IMG/VR virus record: IMGVR_UViG_3300017754_002862
Coordinates: 1-34,677 of that record
Reading direction: 5' to 3' (one strand)
Source of the DNA: a virus
Lineage: Duplodnaviria; Caudoviricetes
Length of the DNA stretch: 34,677 bases
Part shown: one piece after another, positions 17,539 to 25,811 of the stretch
Numbering within the stretch: the first letter of the stretch is position 1
How the letters are laid out: each line of letters starts with the position of its first letter
Notes under the pieces: generated by a model
Seen by the model: the letters and a program-made list of their open reading frames with translations, nothing else
Told to the model about the DNA's origin: nothing
The model's database searches: none
Program-made: the position numbers and the translations under genes

Positions 17539-18321
17539 TTAGTACTTAGCAGCAGTATCTACAGCAACTTCTGCAGATTCTGGTTGTATGTCATTAATGG
17601 CGCCTGCAGTATCAATTGCCACCTGCACTTCTTGTTCAGCACGACGCATTAATGCCTGCACAATAGCCATGTCATCAATTGCCTTGACTGCAGAAAATAC
17701 GACCTTGAATTGTGTCTTAGGATCAGGTACTACTGCAATCTCAGTAATGATAGCCAATGGCGGGCGCTTCATTGTTGCTGCAATGGTTTGCACGTAGTTA
17801 GCATAGTTCTTCAAACTAGTAACTGGTGGACGTAATGCTGCAATCTCTGCAGTTTCAATTGCCTGCACTGAGCTAATGCTATCTGCTGCAATGATAAGCA
17901 AGCGACGTGTTTCGCGGCATGCTTTGCCTTTGCCACCATTACTGGCTGAGCCCCATTCATTCTTAGGGCAACCATCACACTTGGCATGAATAGGCTCAGT
18001 AACGCTAGGTGCGGGACCCATGCCTGATGCTGATGCAGCAATTGCAAAACACTTTGGACCTACAATTTTTGTAGGATCGTAACGTGAATCGTAGTACAGA
18101 CGCTCAACAGGCGCGGCAAGAATTACGCATGCCAACTTATTGTCTGTAATCGGATTGCCACGATACTTAAGAACACCACCTTGAGTTGACAGGAATGTGG
18201 CTGTGAGGCTCGATTGCTCGGCCTTAACAGTATCCATTGCCATTGCTGCCAATTGGTCCTCAAAGAGGGCGATTTGATTTTTTGGCGTGGTAGCCAATTT
18301 GGTTGAAGATTGCTTTGTCAT
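17539..18321 (-). CDS. Putative ssDNA-binding/replication accessory protein with Cys cluster
   Basis: CFA...CDGCPKNEWGS...GKGKAC pattern, beta-rich core and fairly acidic tail; upstream of polA and followed by a terminator. The SSB function is inferred. Confidence 0.5.
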   Translation of the reverse strand: MTKQSSTKLATTPKNQIALFEDQLAAMAMDTVKAEQSSLTATFLSTQGGVLKYRGNPITDNKLACVILAAPVERLYYDSRYDPTKIVGPKCFAIAASASGMGPAPSVTEPIHAKCDGCPKNEWGSASNGGKGKACRETRRLLIIAADSISSVQAIETAEIAALRPPVTSLKNYANYVQTIAATMKRPPLAIITEIAVVPDPKTQFKVVFSAVKAIDDMAIVQALMRRAEQEVQVAIDTAGAINDIQPESAEVAVDTAAKY

Positions 18322-18339
18322 AAAAACTCCATGAACTAG

Positions 18340-18705
18340 TTACTTGCGACGAACGGTAAGTTCCCAGACATCCGATGTGGTTGTCCCGGGTATGGCTTCA
18401 CCTGCATCCCACCGCTCACGGAAGGCAGTTGAAGAAAGCCGCTTATGCAGCAATTCGAATTGGCCACTTTCTGCCACGTACTTGTAAAACGTGTTCCAAT
18501 CATCTATGGCAGGGTGACGTGTAAGTTTCATTGTGCAAGAAGCCTTGTCGTTGGCTGCTTGGCTAATGCCGGCATGGCTCATAAGATCCATAATGTCTTT
18601 TTCAAGCTCGGCCAATTGCTTGGTGCATTGCTTAACCTCTTCACTAAGGTCTTCACGTTTAGCCTTGGTAGCTACAAACTTGTCAATGAGTTCATTGATA
18701 TTCAT
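18340..18705 (-). CDS. Conserved phage replication-module protein
   Basis: N-terminal coiled coil, then IDDWNTFYKYV...LLHKRLS...IPG; AAGGAG RBS. Confidence 0.55.
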   Translation of the reverse strand: MNINELIDKFVATKAKREDLSEEVKQCTKQLAELEKDIMDLMSHAGISQAANDKASCTMKLTRHPAIDDWNTFYKYVAESGQFELLHKRLSSTAFRERWDAGEAIPGTTTSDVWELTVRRK

Positions 18706-19127
18706 TTTGAGGACTCCTTAGCTAATGCATCTTTTCTTGTTGCTTGAATAACTTGTGTAAGTGCAGGCTCAGGCGGCACCCAACCTACTGGCTTAATGAC
18801 GTCGTATTGAGAGCCACGAGTAGAACGCATGAGCTCATTAGCAGGTACCTTGCGCATGTTGGCCTTGTGCACAACATCAAAAAGCTTATCAAAAGGTAGC
18901 CCCATTGCATGTGCAACACCAAGTGCAACGTAGACCAAGTCAACGATTGCATCGGCCGCGTCAACCAAGCTTTCCTCTTCACAAGCTTTTAGGTACTCAC
19001 TCAATTCCTCCATGATGAAGCGAGCAAAGTAGCTTGCCTCAGCGGGTGAAAGGAACTGTGGATAGTTGGTGATTGGCAAATTCATTTTTTGTCTGAAGAT
19101 GCCAACTTTTTCAAAGTTAGTCGCCAT
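18702..19127 (-). CDS. MazG-like/PRA-PH-type dimeric NTP pyrophosphohydrolase
   Basis: IMEELSEY...DAADAIVDLVYV...VHKANMRK...IKPVGWVPP (EExxE...D..D metal motif). Confidence 0.85.
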   Translation of the reverse strand: MATNFEKVGIFRQKMNLPITNYPQFLSPAEASYFARFIMEELSEYLKACEEESLVDAADAIVDLVYVALGVAHAMGLPFDKLFDVVHKANMRKVPANELMRSTRGSQYDVIKPVGWVPPEPALTQVIQATRKDALAKESSK

Positions 19128-19380
19128 AGTAAGCTTTCAAGATGCGGTGGTTTTGTTTGTGCTCGAGACGAATGCGATCGCTGATGTATTTGCGATCAAC
19201 ATCACTAAGAAGCGTTGTGCAATCAATTTCACCAACTGTAAAGTGAAACCAAAAGCCTTCGTGAATCATGTCGTTATCATCGCCTTCTTCATAGGTAACA
19301 TGCACGGTGCAATCACCTGTTTCAGGCATGTCATCCATGTCAAAGGGCACGTATTCGAAAGTGAATGTGAATTCAGTCAT
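19117..19380 (-). CDS. Acidic hypothetical protein
   Basis: ATG 19380 in ATGA overlap, GAGGA RBS; Asp/Glu-rich N-terminal half. Confidence 0.55.
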   Translation of the reverse strand: MTEFTFTFEYVPFDMDDMPETGDCTVHVTYEEGDDNDMIHEGFWFHFTVGEIDCTTLLSDVDRKYISDRIRLEHKQNHRILKAYYGD

Positions 19381-19889
19381 ACGCATGCTTCCTCAACAAG
19401 TAAATCGCGGAGCCACAAAGGTTGTAAATCTTTGCCACGGTTGTAGACTAGCGGCATGGTAGCAGCTTTGCTAGCATAGTACGCACGGTAAGAGCTGACT
19501 GGATCATCGCTTTTGAATTCGTCAGGCATGGCAAGCGGTGGGTTAGACCATAGCAAGGGCAAGCTGCGCATTGCTGATGGTGGATACATTAATTCTTTAG
19601 AAAGAATGTCACTAGACTTATGCGTGTGGCCATAGCGCCAAAAGAATTGACGGCCAAGATGACGGGCTAAATCGCTAACCCATTCATAGTGCAGGTGAGA
19701 CTGGCGAACCCATACGGCTGATGGGTGGTTTTTGTGTGTGGGGCGATAGGTGACATTGTGGCCATTGCCGTACTCATGGTGTGCGGTAGCCAAGAGTTGG
19801 CATGACTCAATAAGCATTTTGCCGACATGCTTATCGCAATGATAGCCTGCAGCAATAGTAGGAAGATGATGTAAGTAAAAAACATTCAT
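19377..19889 (-). CDS. Pyrimidine-dimer DNA glycosylase/endonuclease V-like family protein
   Basis: MNVFYL...CDKHVGKMLIESCQLL...THKNHPSAVW...LAMPDEFK...SYRAYY; start moved to ATG 19889 after the leader motif. Confidence 0.7.
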   Translation of the reverse strand: MNVFYLHHLPTIAAGYHCDKHVGKMLIESCQLLATAHHEYGNGHNVTYRPTHKNHPSAVWVRQSHLHYEWVSDLARHLGRQFFWRYGHTHKSSDILSKELMYPPSAMRSLPLLWSNPPLAMPDEFKSDDPVSSYRAYYASKAATMPLVYNRGKDLQPLWLRDLLVEEACV

Positions 19890-19894
19890 GTAGA

Positions 19895-19984
19895 TACCTT
19901 TCAAAAATCAATGTAGAAGACCAGAAAACGTGAGCAACTTGTGAAGTTGTGAGATGATTATACACTCATTGCAAGGGCTTGCAA
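19895..19984 (-). promoter_or_regulatory. Sigma70-like promoter, hairpin and leader motif
   Basis: TTGCAA (19979-19984), 16 nt, TATAAT (19957-19962, overlapping the upstream stop); hairpin CAACTT-CAC-AAGTTG; motif TTGATTTTTGAAAGGTA (19895-19911). Confidence 0.6.
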
Positions 19985-20212
19985 ATCTTTTTCAATTTTT
20001 TTGATGTTCTCATTTGCTTGCAAATTGTAGTAGTGGCCAAAAACGCGGTCAATGTGGCGCATGTACTCATTGAACTCAGCTTCCTTGGTGATAGAAGGGT
20101 TGCACATGTACGGCCGAAGGAAAGTAACAAGTGCATTCAGATCAGTGCCTAATGCACCAAGGGTAACAGAAGGGATAGCAATAGAGCTAGAGGGTACGAA
20201 ACGATTGTTCAT
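19958..20212 (-). CDS. Hypothetical protein (84 aa)
   Basis: ATG preceded by the leader motif TTGACTTTTGAAAGGTA. Confidence 0.6.
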   Translation of the reverse strand: MNNRFVPSSSIAIPSVTLGALGTDLNALVTFLRPYMCNPSITKEAEFNEYMRHIDRVFGHYYNLQANENIKKIEKDLQALAMSV

Positions 20213-20219
20213 AGGGGTT

Positions 20220-20263
20220 TACCTTTCAAAAGTCAAAAACACAAGAGATGGGGCCGTAGCCCC
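20220..20263 (-). terminator. UACG-loop hairpin (terminator/attenuator-like) followed by leader motif
   Basis: Minus strand GGGGC-TACG-GCCCC, then ATCTCTTGTGTTT, then TTGACTTTTGAAAGGTA. Confidence 0.55.
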
Positions 20264-20270
20264 GTTGAAA

Positions 20271-21224
20271 TTAAGCCAGCTCGAGGAGTGCCGCAGCCGC
20301 TTGGTTCTTAATCTTAACACCATTGCCAAACCACGCGTTGGCCAATCGTGCATCGCCTGTACGAGCCGTTTCCCAGTCCATCAACTGTGTAACAGCATTT
20401 AATGCACCCCAACCAGTACCTTTGGCCGAATCCATTTCTGCACCGATGCCTGCGCCTTCAAAGAGGGCCAGTGCACGTTGTGCTGCACGGCTTGGTTTGA
20501 GCTCATCACCGCCAAGAATCTTGGTGAAGACTTTTTGTGCTTGCAAGGAACTGATTTTCAGGCCGGCCAAGAACTTGGCTGTGTGCTCAAAATCTTTGAA
20601 TGCGTCGTTGAAGTCTGCAAGCTGTGACTTGACGTCAATTGCATTGAATACAGAGTTGTGACGAACCTGAACTACGTTGCCGCCACGTTGCTGTGCCAGT
20701 TGCAATGTGTTGTTGCACACAACGCGGACGCTGGTAAGACGGGCTTGAGTTGCCAATGAGCCATCACAGCTTGATGCTAACAACAAGTATTGATGAACCT
20801 TGTCACCAGCCACATTGAACTCGCCATCCATTTTGGCCAGTGCCCAGTAATGAGCGCCATTGCGCAAAACGCCGGCTGTATCTAAGTGAGCAATTGTGCC
20901 GACCATGTTACGGAAGAATTCCAAAACTTCGATAGGTTGAACTACCTTATAAGCGTTGGAAACTAAGCCAAGTGGCTCGTTGGTATCTGTGCGATACATG
21001 ACACGTTTGCCAGCATAAGTGCAAACTCTTGGGTTTTCACCAAAGAACGGAGCTTCGTACTTCACGTTGGCCATGGCCAATTTGAAATCCAAGCCAGACT
21101 CGGTAGCCCAGTCAGCCAATGAAGAATTAGCTGTTAGCTTCTGGCCTAAGCCATGCCAAGGGGTTTCACCGACATAAGCCATTGCTGCTTTACCGGTAAC
21201 TGTAGTTGCGATCATGTGAGACAT
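20271..21224 (-). CDS. DUF932 family phage/plasmid protein
   Basis: TPWHGLG, LGLVSNAYKVVQP, AGVLRNG, YLLLASSCDGS, RVVCNNT, KGTGWGALNAVT; start moved to ATG 21224. Confidence 0.85.
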   Translation of the reverse strand: MSHMIATTVTGKAAMAYVGETPWHGLGQKLTANSSLADWATESGLDFKLAMANVKYEAPFFGENPRVCTYAGKRVMYRTDTNEPLGLVSNAYKVVQPIEVLEFFRNMVGTIAHLDTAGVLRNGAHYWALAKMDGEFNVAGDKVHQYLLLASSCDGSLATQARLTSVRVVCNNTLQLAQQRGGNVVQVRHNSVFNAIDVKSQLADFNDAFKDFEHTAKFLAGLKISSLQAQKVFTKILGGDELKPSRAAQRALALFEGAGIGAEMDSAKGTGWGALNAVTQLMDWETARTGDARLANAWFGNGVKIKNQAAAALLELA

Positions 21225-21231
21225 TTTGCAT

Positions 21232-21295
21232 TCCTTTTCAATAGTCAAGTTAGTTAAATAACATCACCACAATTTGATGATGTGAAGCAATTATA
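21232..21295 (-). promoter_or_regulatory. Main leftward promoter region: TATAAT, hairpin, leader motif
   Basis: TATAAT at 21290-21295; hairpin ACATCATCA-AATTG-TGGTGATGT (21261-21283); TTGACTATTGAAAAGGA (21232-21248). Confidence 0.55.
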
Positions 21296-21417
21296 CGCCA
21301 AAACGAGTACTTTTTTTGTATTTGCGCAAAAATATTTTTATCTGTTACCTAGTATTTTAAGATAATTGTGCAATGTATACTTTGGTTTCTCAGTCCTGTG
21401 TATCATCTTTGACACAG

Positions 21418-21446
21418 TGTTACCTCACCATGCACATAGATATAAT
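21418..21446 (+). promoter_or_regulatory. Putative rightward promoter for primase-helicase
   Basis: TATAAT at 21441-21446, with TGTTAC exactly 17 nt upstream. A TTGACA at 21409-21414 is 26 nt from the -10 box, too far to pair with it. Confidence 0.4.
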
Positions 21447-21539
21447 GAGCCTCCTGCAACAATGATCCAACTGTGAGACCATGCTGAACCTTTTGACTTT
21501 TGACATGAATGTAGGCAATCAACCCCATAGTAATTGTGC

Positions 21540-21572
21540 AAAAAAGAAGACCCCAACACGTGAATGCTGGGG
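21540..21572 (-). terminator. Terminator-like hairpin oriented antisense to the primase leader
   Basis: Minus strand CCCCAGCA-TTCACG-TGTTGGGG followed by TCTTCTTTTTT. Confidence 0.45.
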
Positions 21573-21613
21573 CCTCAAGGTCATAGCAACTGCGTATGCT
21601 ATTTTAAAGGGAA

Positions 21614-23713
21614 ATGATTATGCCATCAGGCTTCGCCGCACAAACAACACAACCGACAGCATTATATCAAACGTTCTTACAAAAAAGAAGCTTTACTGAC
21701 CAAGACGAACAAGCTCTAGGTCTGGAACTACTTGACCCCGAGCAAACTTATGAGTTGCTTGGCCATACTCGTGAGTGGAGCATCAAGCTTCCTTACTTTG
21801 ATGTAATGGGACAACCAACTGATTTTGCACGAGTCCGTCTGCTCTTACCTAAGGGCAAGATGAAGTACTCACAGGCAAGAGCTAGTGGTTCTCAAATTTA
21901 CTTTCCTCCGACCATCAATTGGAAGCAGGTAATGACCGATGTCGATGTACCAATCATCATAACTGAGGGTGAATTCAAGTCATGGGCTATCACCAAGCAA
22001 ATTGTCGCTGATCAGTTGGTGCACGCAACTATTGGCTTGGCAGGTGTTACCAGCTGGACTGACAAACAAGGCTTACATTTGCACAAGGACTTAATGCAGG
22101 TTACTTGGCAACGTAAAACGCAGTTTGTACACAAGCATCGCAAGGTCTACATCATCTTCGACTATGATGGAGCCGAGGAAGATGGTGAGCCTAATGAACA
22201 GGTTGCCATGGCCGAAACAAGATTGGCAGTAACTTTACGTGGGCTTGGTGCTGAGGTACACCTTTGTAGAGTTGGCAAGTTTAGCACAGGCAAAGGCTCC
22301 AAGTTTGCTATTGATGACCACCTTTTATCAGGCGGCACGCTTGGCCAAGTCCTTACCACCACCTCAACGGTGATGAATGGCGTTGATACTTTGGAAACCA
22401 AGCTATATGAGTTCAAAACTCTCTATGCTTTGTACAACGGCGACGTTATCAGGCTGAAAGACGGGCTCATTATGCCGTGGAGCAAGGCCAAGATCGACTC
22501 GGCACAGCATTACTTTATGCAAATCACGCAACGACAAAACGGTCAGACCTCCAGCCGTGAGTTACCCCTTATCGATGAGTATAAGAAATGGCCGAGATGT
22601 TGTAAGCTTGAGCATGTAGGCATGTACCCTGAATACCAAGGTATTCAAATCACACCTACCAAATGCTTTAACCTCTTCAAGCCTTGGGCTTATGAGCCTG
22701 CAATAGGCGATCCCATCCCGTACTTGGAGTTTTGTGATTACTTTTTCCAAGCCGAGCCGCACTTTGCCAACTACTGGCATGATTGGGTAGCCAATGTAAT
22801 CCAGTTCCCATGGCGTAGGAATAACACCACACCGCAGTTTATACATGACATGGAAGGTATGGGTAAATCGGCCATTCCGGAATTCATTGCCGAAATGCTT
22901 GGCATGGGTGAGAATGCACCGGCTGCCACTCTTGGCCCCGACGATCTGTTTGGCAACTTCAACGGTGCCATGCGAGGCAAGGTCTTCGTCGTTGTGAATG
23001 AGCCATCATCGGATAGGGACGATCATTCAGCAAAGCTTAAGAACCTAATCACAGGCAAAGAAATCACTATCAACAACAAATATGGAGCGCAATATTCAAT
23101 TAAGAACTATGTAAACTATGTATTTACTTCTAACAAGCCTTACATTACGCATATGGGTGCAAGCTCTAGGCGTGAAGCTATTTATAAGTGTCCTACCTTC
23201 TCACAGCAGGATATTCTTGAAAGAGTACGTGCCATGATGAAGTGGGCCAGAGCAAACAAAGGCTCCGGCTTCTCAATGGTACTTAATTGGTATATGAATC
23301 GTGATCTCACTAACTTTGACCCCTACGCACCAGCCCCTATGACTAACTACAAACAAGTTGCAATTTCTCTCTCCAAAACTCCACTTGAATCTTTTGCCAT
23401 GGATCTCACCAACTGGGTTGACGAGCATCTGGACGGTGTTAGCGCTTTCTCAGCAACTCAGCTCTCTATATTGTGTGAGCGTTGGGGCCACGATGCCAAG
23501 GCCAAAGCGCAATACATACGCAAAGCGTTGCAACCGCATGGTGAGCTAGAGCCTAGCAAACTGATCAAGGTACATGGCAAGCCATCGCGTTTTACGTCCT
23601 TCATAACGCAAACTGCAGTCAACAATAGGGTAACACAGCACAACTGGTCGCACATTGTTACCAAAACCGAAGAAGCTATAAAACGTGAGATCGAGCAGAC
23701 TGGGAGCTTCTAA
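21614..23713 (+). CDS. Primase-helicase (DUF3854-like TOPRIM plus DUF5906/SF3-like helicase)
   Basis: KYSQ, IIITEGEFKS and YIIFDYD (TOPRIM); EGMGKS Walker A, VVVNE Walker B, LKNLIT, INNKY, VFTSN. The start may be ATG 21620. Confidence 0.85.
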   Translation: MIMPSGFAAQTTQPTALYQTFLQKRSFTDQDEQALGLELLDPEQTYELLGHTREWSIKLPYFDVMGQPTDFARVRLLLPKGKMKYSQARASGSQIYFPPTINWKQVMTDVDVPIIITEGEFKSWAITKQIVADQLVHATIGLAGVTSWTDKQGLHLHKDLMQVTWQRKTQFVHKHRKVYIIFDYDGAEEDGEPNEQVAMAETRLAVTLRGLGAEVHLCRVGKFSTGKGSKFAIDDHLLSGGTLGQVLTTTSTVMNGVDTLETKLYEFKTLYALYNGDVIRLKDGLIMPWSKAKIDSAQHYFMQITQRQNGQTSSRELPLIDEYKKWPRCCKLEHVGMYPEYQGIQITPTKCFNLFKPWAYEPAIGDPIPYLEFCDYFFQAEPHFANYWHDWVANVIQFPWRRNNTTPQFIHDMEGMGKSAIPEFIAEMLGMGENAPAATLGPDDLFGNFNGAMRGKVFVVVNEPSSDRDDHSAKLKNLITGKEITINNKYGAQYSIKNYVNYVFTSNKPYITHMGASSRREAIYKCPTFSQQDILERVRAMMKWARANKGSGFSMVLNWYMNRDLTNFDPYAPAPMTNYKQVAISLSKTPLESFAMDLTNWVDEHLDGVSAFSATQLSILCERWGHDAKAKAQYIRKALQPHGELEPSKLIKVHGKPSRFTSFITQTAVNNRVTQHNWSHIVTKTEEAIKREIEQTGSF

Positions 23714-23725
23714 GTGTCTAAATAC

Positions 23726-23880
23726 TGTTACTTGTGTTACTCTGTGTTACTCGATAAGTTGTTGATTCTAAACACAAATAACACAGTAACAGTAAGTAAC
23801 AGTATAAAATAAATTATATTTAAATATATATATATCGTCGTATTATAGAGTTTTGGCTTACTGTTACTTTAGAGTGTTAC
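23726..23880. repeat. Iteron-like TGTTAC(T) array with AT-rich core: candidate replication origin
   Basis: TGTTACT at 23726, 23735, 23745 and 23862; TGTTAC at 23875; inverted AGTAACA at 23785 and 23795; AT-only run at about 23803-23835. Confidence 0.7.
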
Positions 23881-23902
23881 CGGCAAAAAAAGACGTAAGT
23901 TG

Positions 23903-23931
23903 TTTACATCCAAAAAATAGAAGGGTACAAT
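23903..23931 (+). promoter_or_regulatory. Sigma70-like promoter for a probably leaderless terS transcript
   Basis: TTTACA, 17 nt, TACAAT, then 7 nt to ATG 23939; no SD in between. Confidence 0.65.
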
Positions 23932-23938
23932 CCGCGAC

Positions 23939-24406
23939 ATGACTACAAAGACACCATCTAAGAACGGAAAGTTCTTGGGCCGCCCTACTAAGTACGACCC
24001 CGCATACTGCGATCAAGTTATCGAGCTAAGCAAAGACGGGTTGTCTCGCTGGCAGATCTGCGCTCGTCTTAACATTGGCTATAGCAATCTCATCGCATGG
24101 GAAAATGCGCATGAAGATTTTCGGCAAGCCTTGATCGAAGCCAAGATCATCGCGCTTGCTTATTGGGAAGATCTGGCGATCGATCACATACGTGAAGCAC
24201 CCGGTGGCATCAAGCTAAACACCGGGCTCTGGTCTAGGTCAATGTCAGCTCGCTTTCCTAGTGAATACCGCGAAAACTCCAAGCTCGAGGTAACTGGCAA
24301 AGACGATGGCGCTATTCAGGTTGATGTAGTGCATGACTTTGCACAGGAGCTTATGAACGATTTGTTGGCAACTCGTCAAAGCGATGCTAAGTCAGATCGT
24401 AACTGA
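23939..24406 (+). CDS. terS: Terminase small subunit
   Basis: GRPTKYDPAYC, HTH-like segment, AYWED, RFPSEYRE, LEVTGKDDGAIQ; overlaps the terL start. Confidence 0.85.
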   Translation: MTTKTPSKNGKFLGRPTKYDPAYCDQVIELSKDGLSRWQICARLNIGYSNLIAWENAHEDFRQALIEAKIIALAYWEDLAIDHIREAPGGIKLNTGLWSRSMSARFPSEYRENSKLEVTGKDDGAIQVDVVHDFAQELMNDLLATRQSDAKSDRN

Positions 24407-25811
24407 GCAGTTTGCTGACCGGATCAAGACCGGACCAGACTTAAACCACGCATCCAAAGCGTGGCAAGCCGCAATCAAAGCTCGATTGACGTGGCTTAAG
24501 ATTGCTAACAATCATCAAATCACGCCAACAGGCGATTGGTGGAGCATATGGCTCTTGTTGGCAGGTCGTGGTGCAGGCAAGACTCGGTGCGCTGCTGAAT
24601 GGACTTGGTGGGAAGCTTGGACACATCCTAGGACTCGTTGGCTAGTCTCGGCTCCTACCTCAGGCGATGTACGTGACGTGTGTTTTGAGGGCGACTCTGG
24701 GCTTCTAAAAGTAGCGCCCCAAGGTATTATTGCCAACTACAACAAAAGTCAACACGAGCTTCTTCTTGTGAATGGCTCAATCATCAAAGGCATATCGGCT
24801 TCTGAGCCGGATCGATTCAGGGGTCCGCAGTTCCATGGCGGCTGGCTTGATGAGCTGGCTGCATGGGATTATCTTGATGAAGCTTGGGACATGATCCAGT
24901 TCGGCATGCGACTTGGCTTACAGCCACGACTGATCTGCACCACCACACCTAAGCCTAAGCCCTTGATCGTGGACTTGGCTAATCGAGACGGAGAAGACGT
25001 GGTCTACACAACGGCTTCCACGTACGATAACAAGGACAACCTTGCGCCTAAGTTCATGCAACAGATTCTCCAGTATGAGGGCACGAAGCTGGGGCGCCAA
25101 GAGATTTACGCCGAGATTATCGATCCCGAAGAAGCTGGCATCATCAAGCGTACGTGGTTCAAGCTTTGGCCGAATGATAGACCATTGCCACGGTTCCAGT
25201 ACATTGTGCAGTCGTATGATTGCGCTACGTCGGACAAGACTAAGAACGATCCGACAGCATGCACGGTCTGGGGCGTGTTCAAACCTAATGACGACAAGCC
25301 CATGTCAGTAATGCTGATCGACTGTTGGGAAGAGTACATGCAGTATCCCGACTTGCGACCTAAGGTCGTGGAAGAAGCTGAAGCAATCTACGGCGATGAA
25401 AACGAGTTTGGGCACGGAAAGAAAGTCGACTTGATTCTGATTGAGGACAAGTCGGCTGGCATTAGCTTGATACAAGATCTTCAACGAACCGGCCTGCCTG
25501 TGCGGAGCTACAACCCGGGCATGGCTGATAAGATGATGCGGCTGAACATCGTATCGCCCATCATTCAACGTGGCCGAGTCTATGTGCCTGAGTCCGCCTC
25601 AAGCCCGGGCATGGCAAGAGACTGGGCCGAGCCCTTGATCTCGCAGTTATGTGCATTCCCCGAAGTCAGGCATGACGACTTGGTTGACTCAACAACTCAG
25701 GCTTTAAGAATTATGCGTGATACTGGGCTCATCAGCATAGATCCGGTGTATGATGCCGATGACTCGTATGATGAAGATCGACCTAGAAGGGTGAACCCAT
25801 ATGCCGTATGA
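24384..25811 (+). CDS. terL: Terminase large subunit
   Basis: LAGRGAGKT Walker A, WLDELAAW Walker B, TTTP; nuclease motifs QSYDCA, IEDKSAG, HDDLVDSTTQAL. Confidence 0.95.
   Translation: MLSQIVTEQFADRIKTGPDLNHASKAWQAAIKARLTWLKIANNHQITPTGDWWSIWLLLAGRGAGKTRCAAEWTWWEAWTHPRTRWLVSAPTSGDVRDVCFEGDSGLLKVAPQGIIANYNKSQHELLLVNGSIIKGISASEPDRFRGPQFHGGWLDELAAWDYLDEAWDMIQFGMRLGLQPRLICTTTPKPKPLIVDLANRDGEDVVYTTASTYDNKDNLAPKFMQQILQYEGTKLGRQEIYAEIIDPEEAGIIKRTWFKLWPNDRPLPRFQYIVQSYDCATSDKTKNDPTACTVWGVFKPNDDKPMSVMLIDCWEEYMQYPDLRPKVVEEAEAIYGDENEFGHGKKVDLILIEDKSAGISLIQDLQRTGLPVRSYNPGMADKMMRLNIVSPIIQRGRVYVPESASSPGMARDWAEPLISQLCAFPEVRHDDLVDSTTQALRIMRDTGLISIDPVYDADDSYDEDRPRRVNPYAV

Noticed and set aside
21481-21699. 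72-aa ORF before the primase
   Set aside because: No SD, reads through hairpin and regulatory sequence, and overlaps the primase out of frame.
23726-23880. CRISPR array
   Set aside because: The repeats are 6-7 bp in both orientations, with no 25-40 bp repeat-spacer structure.
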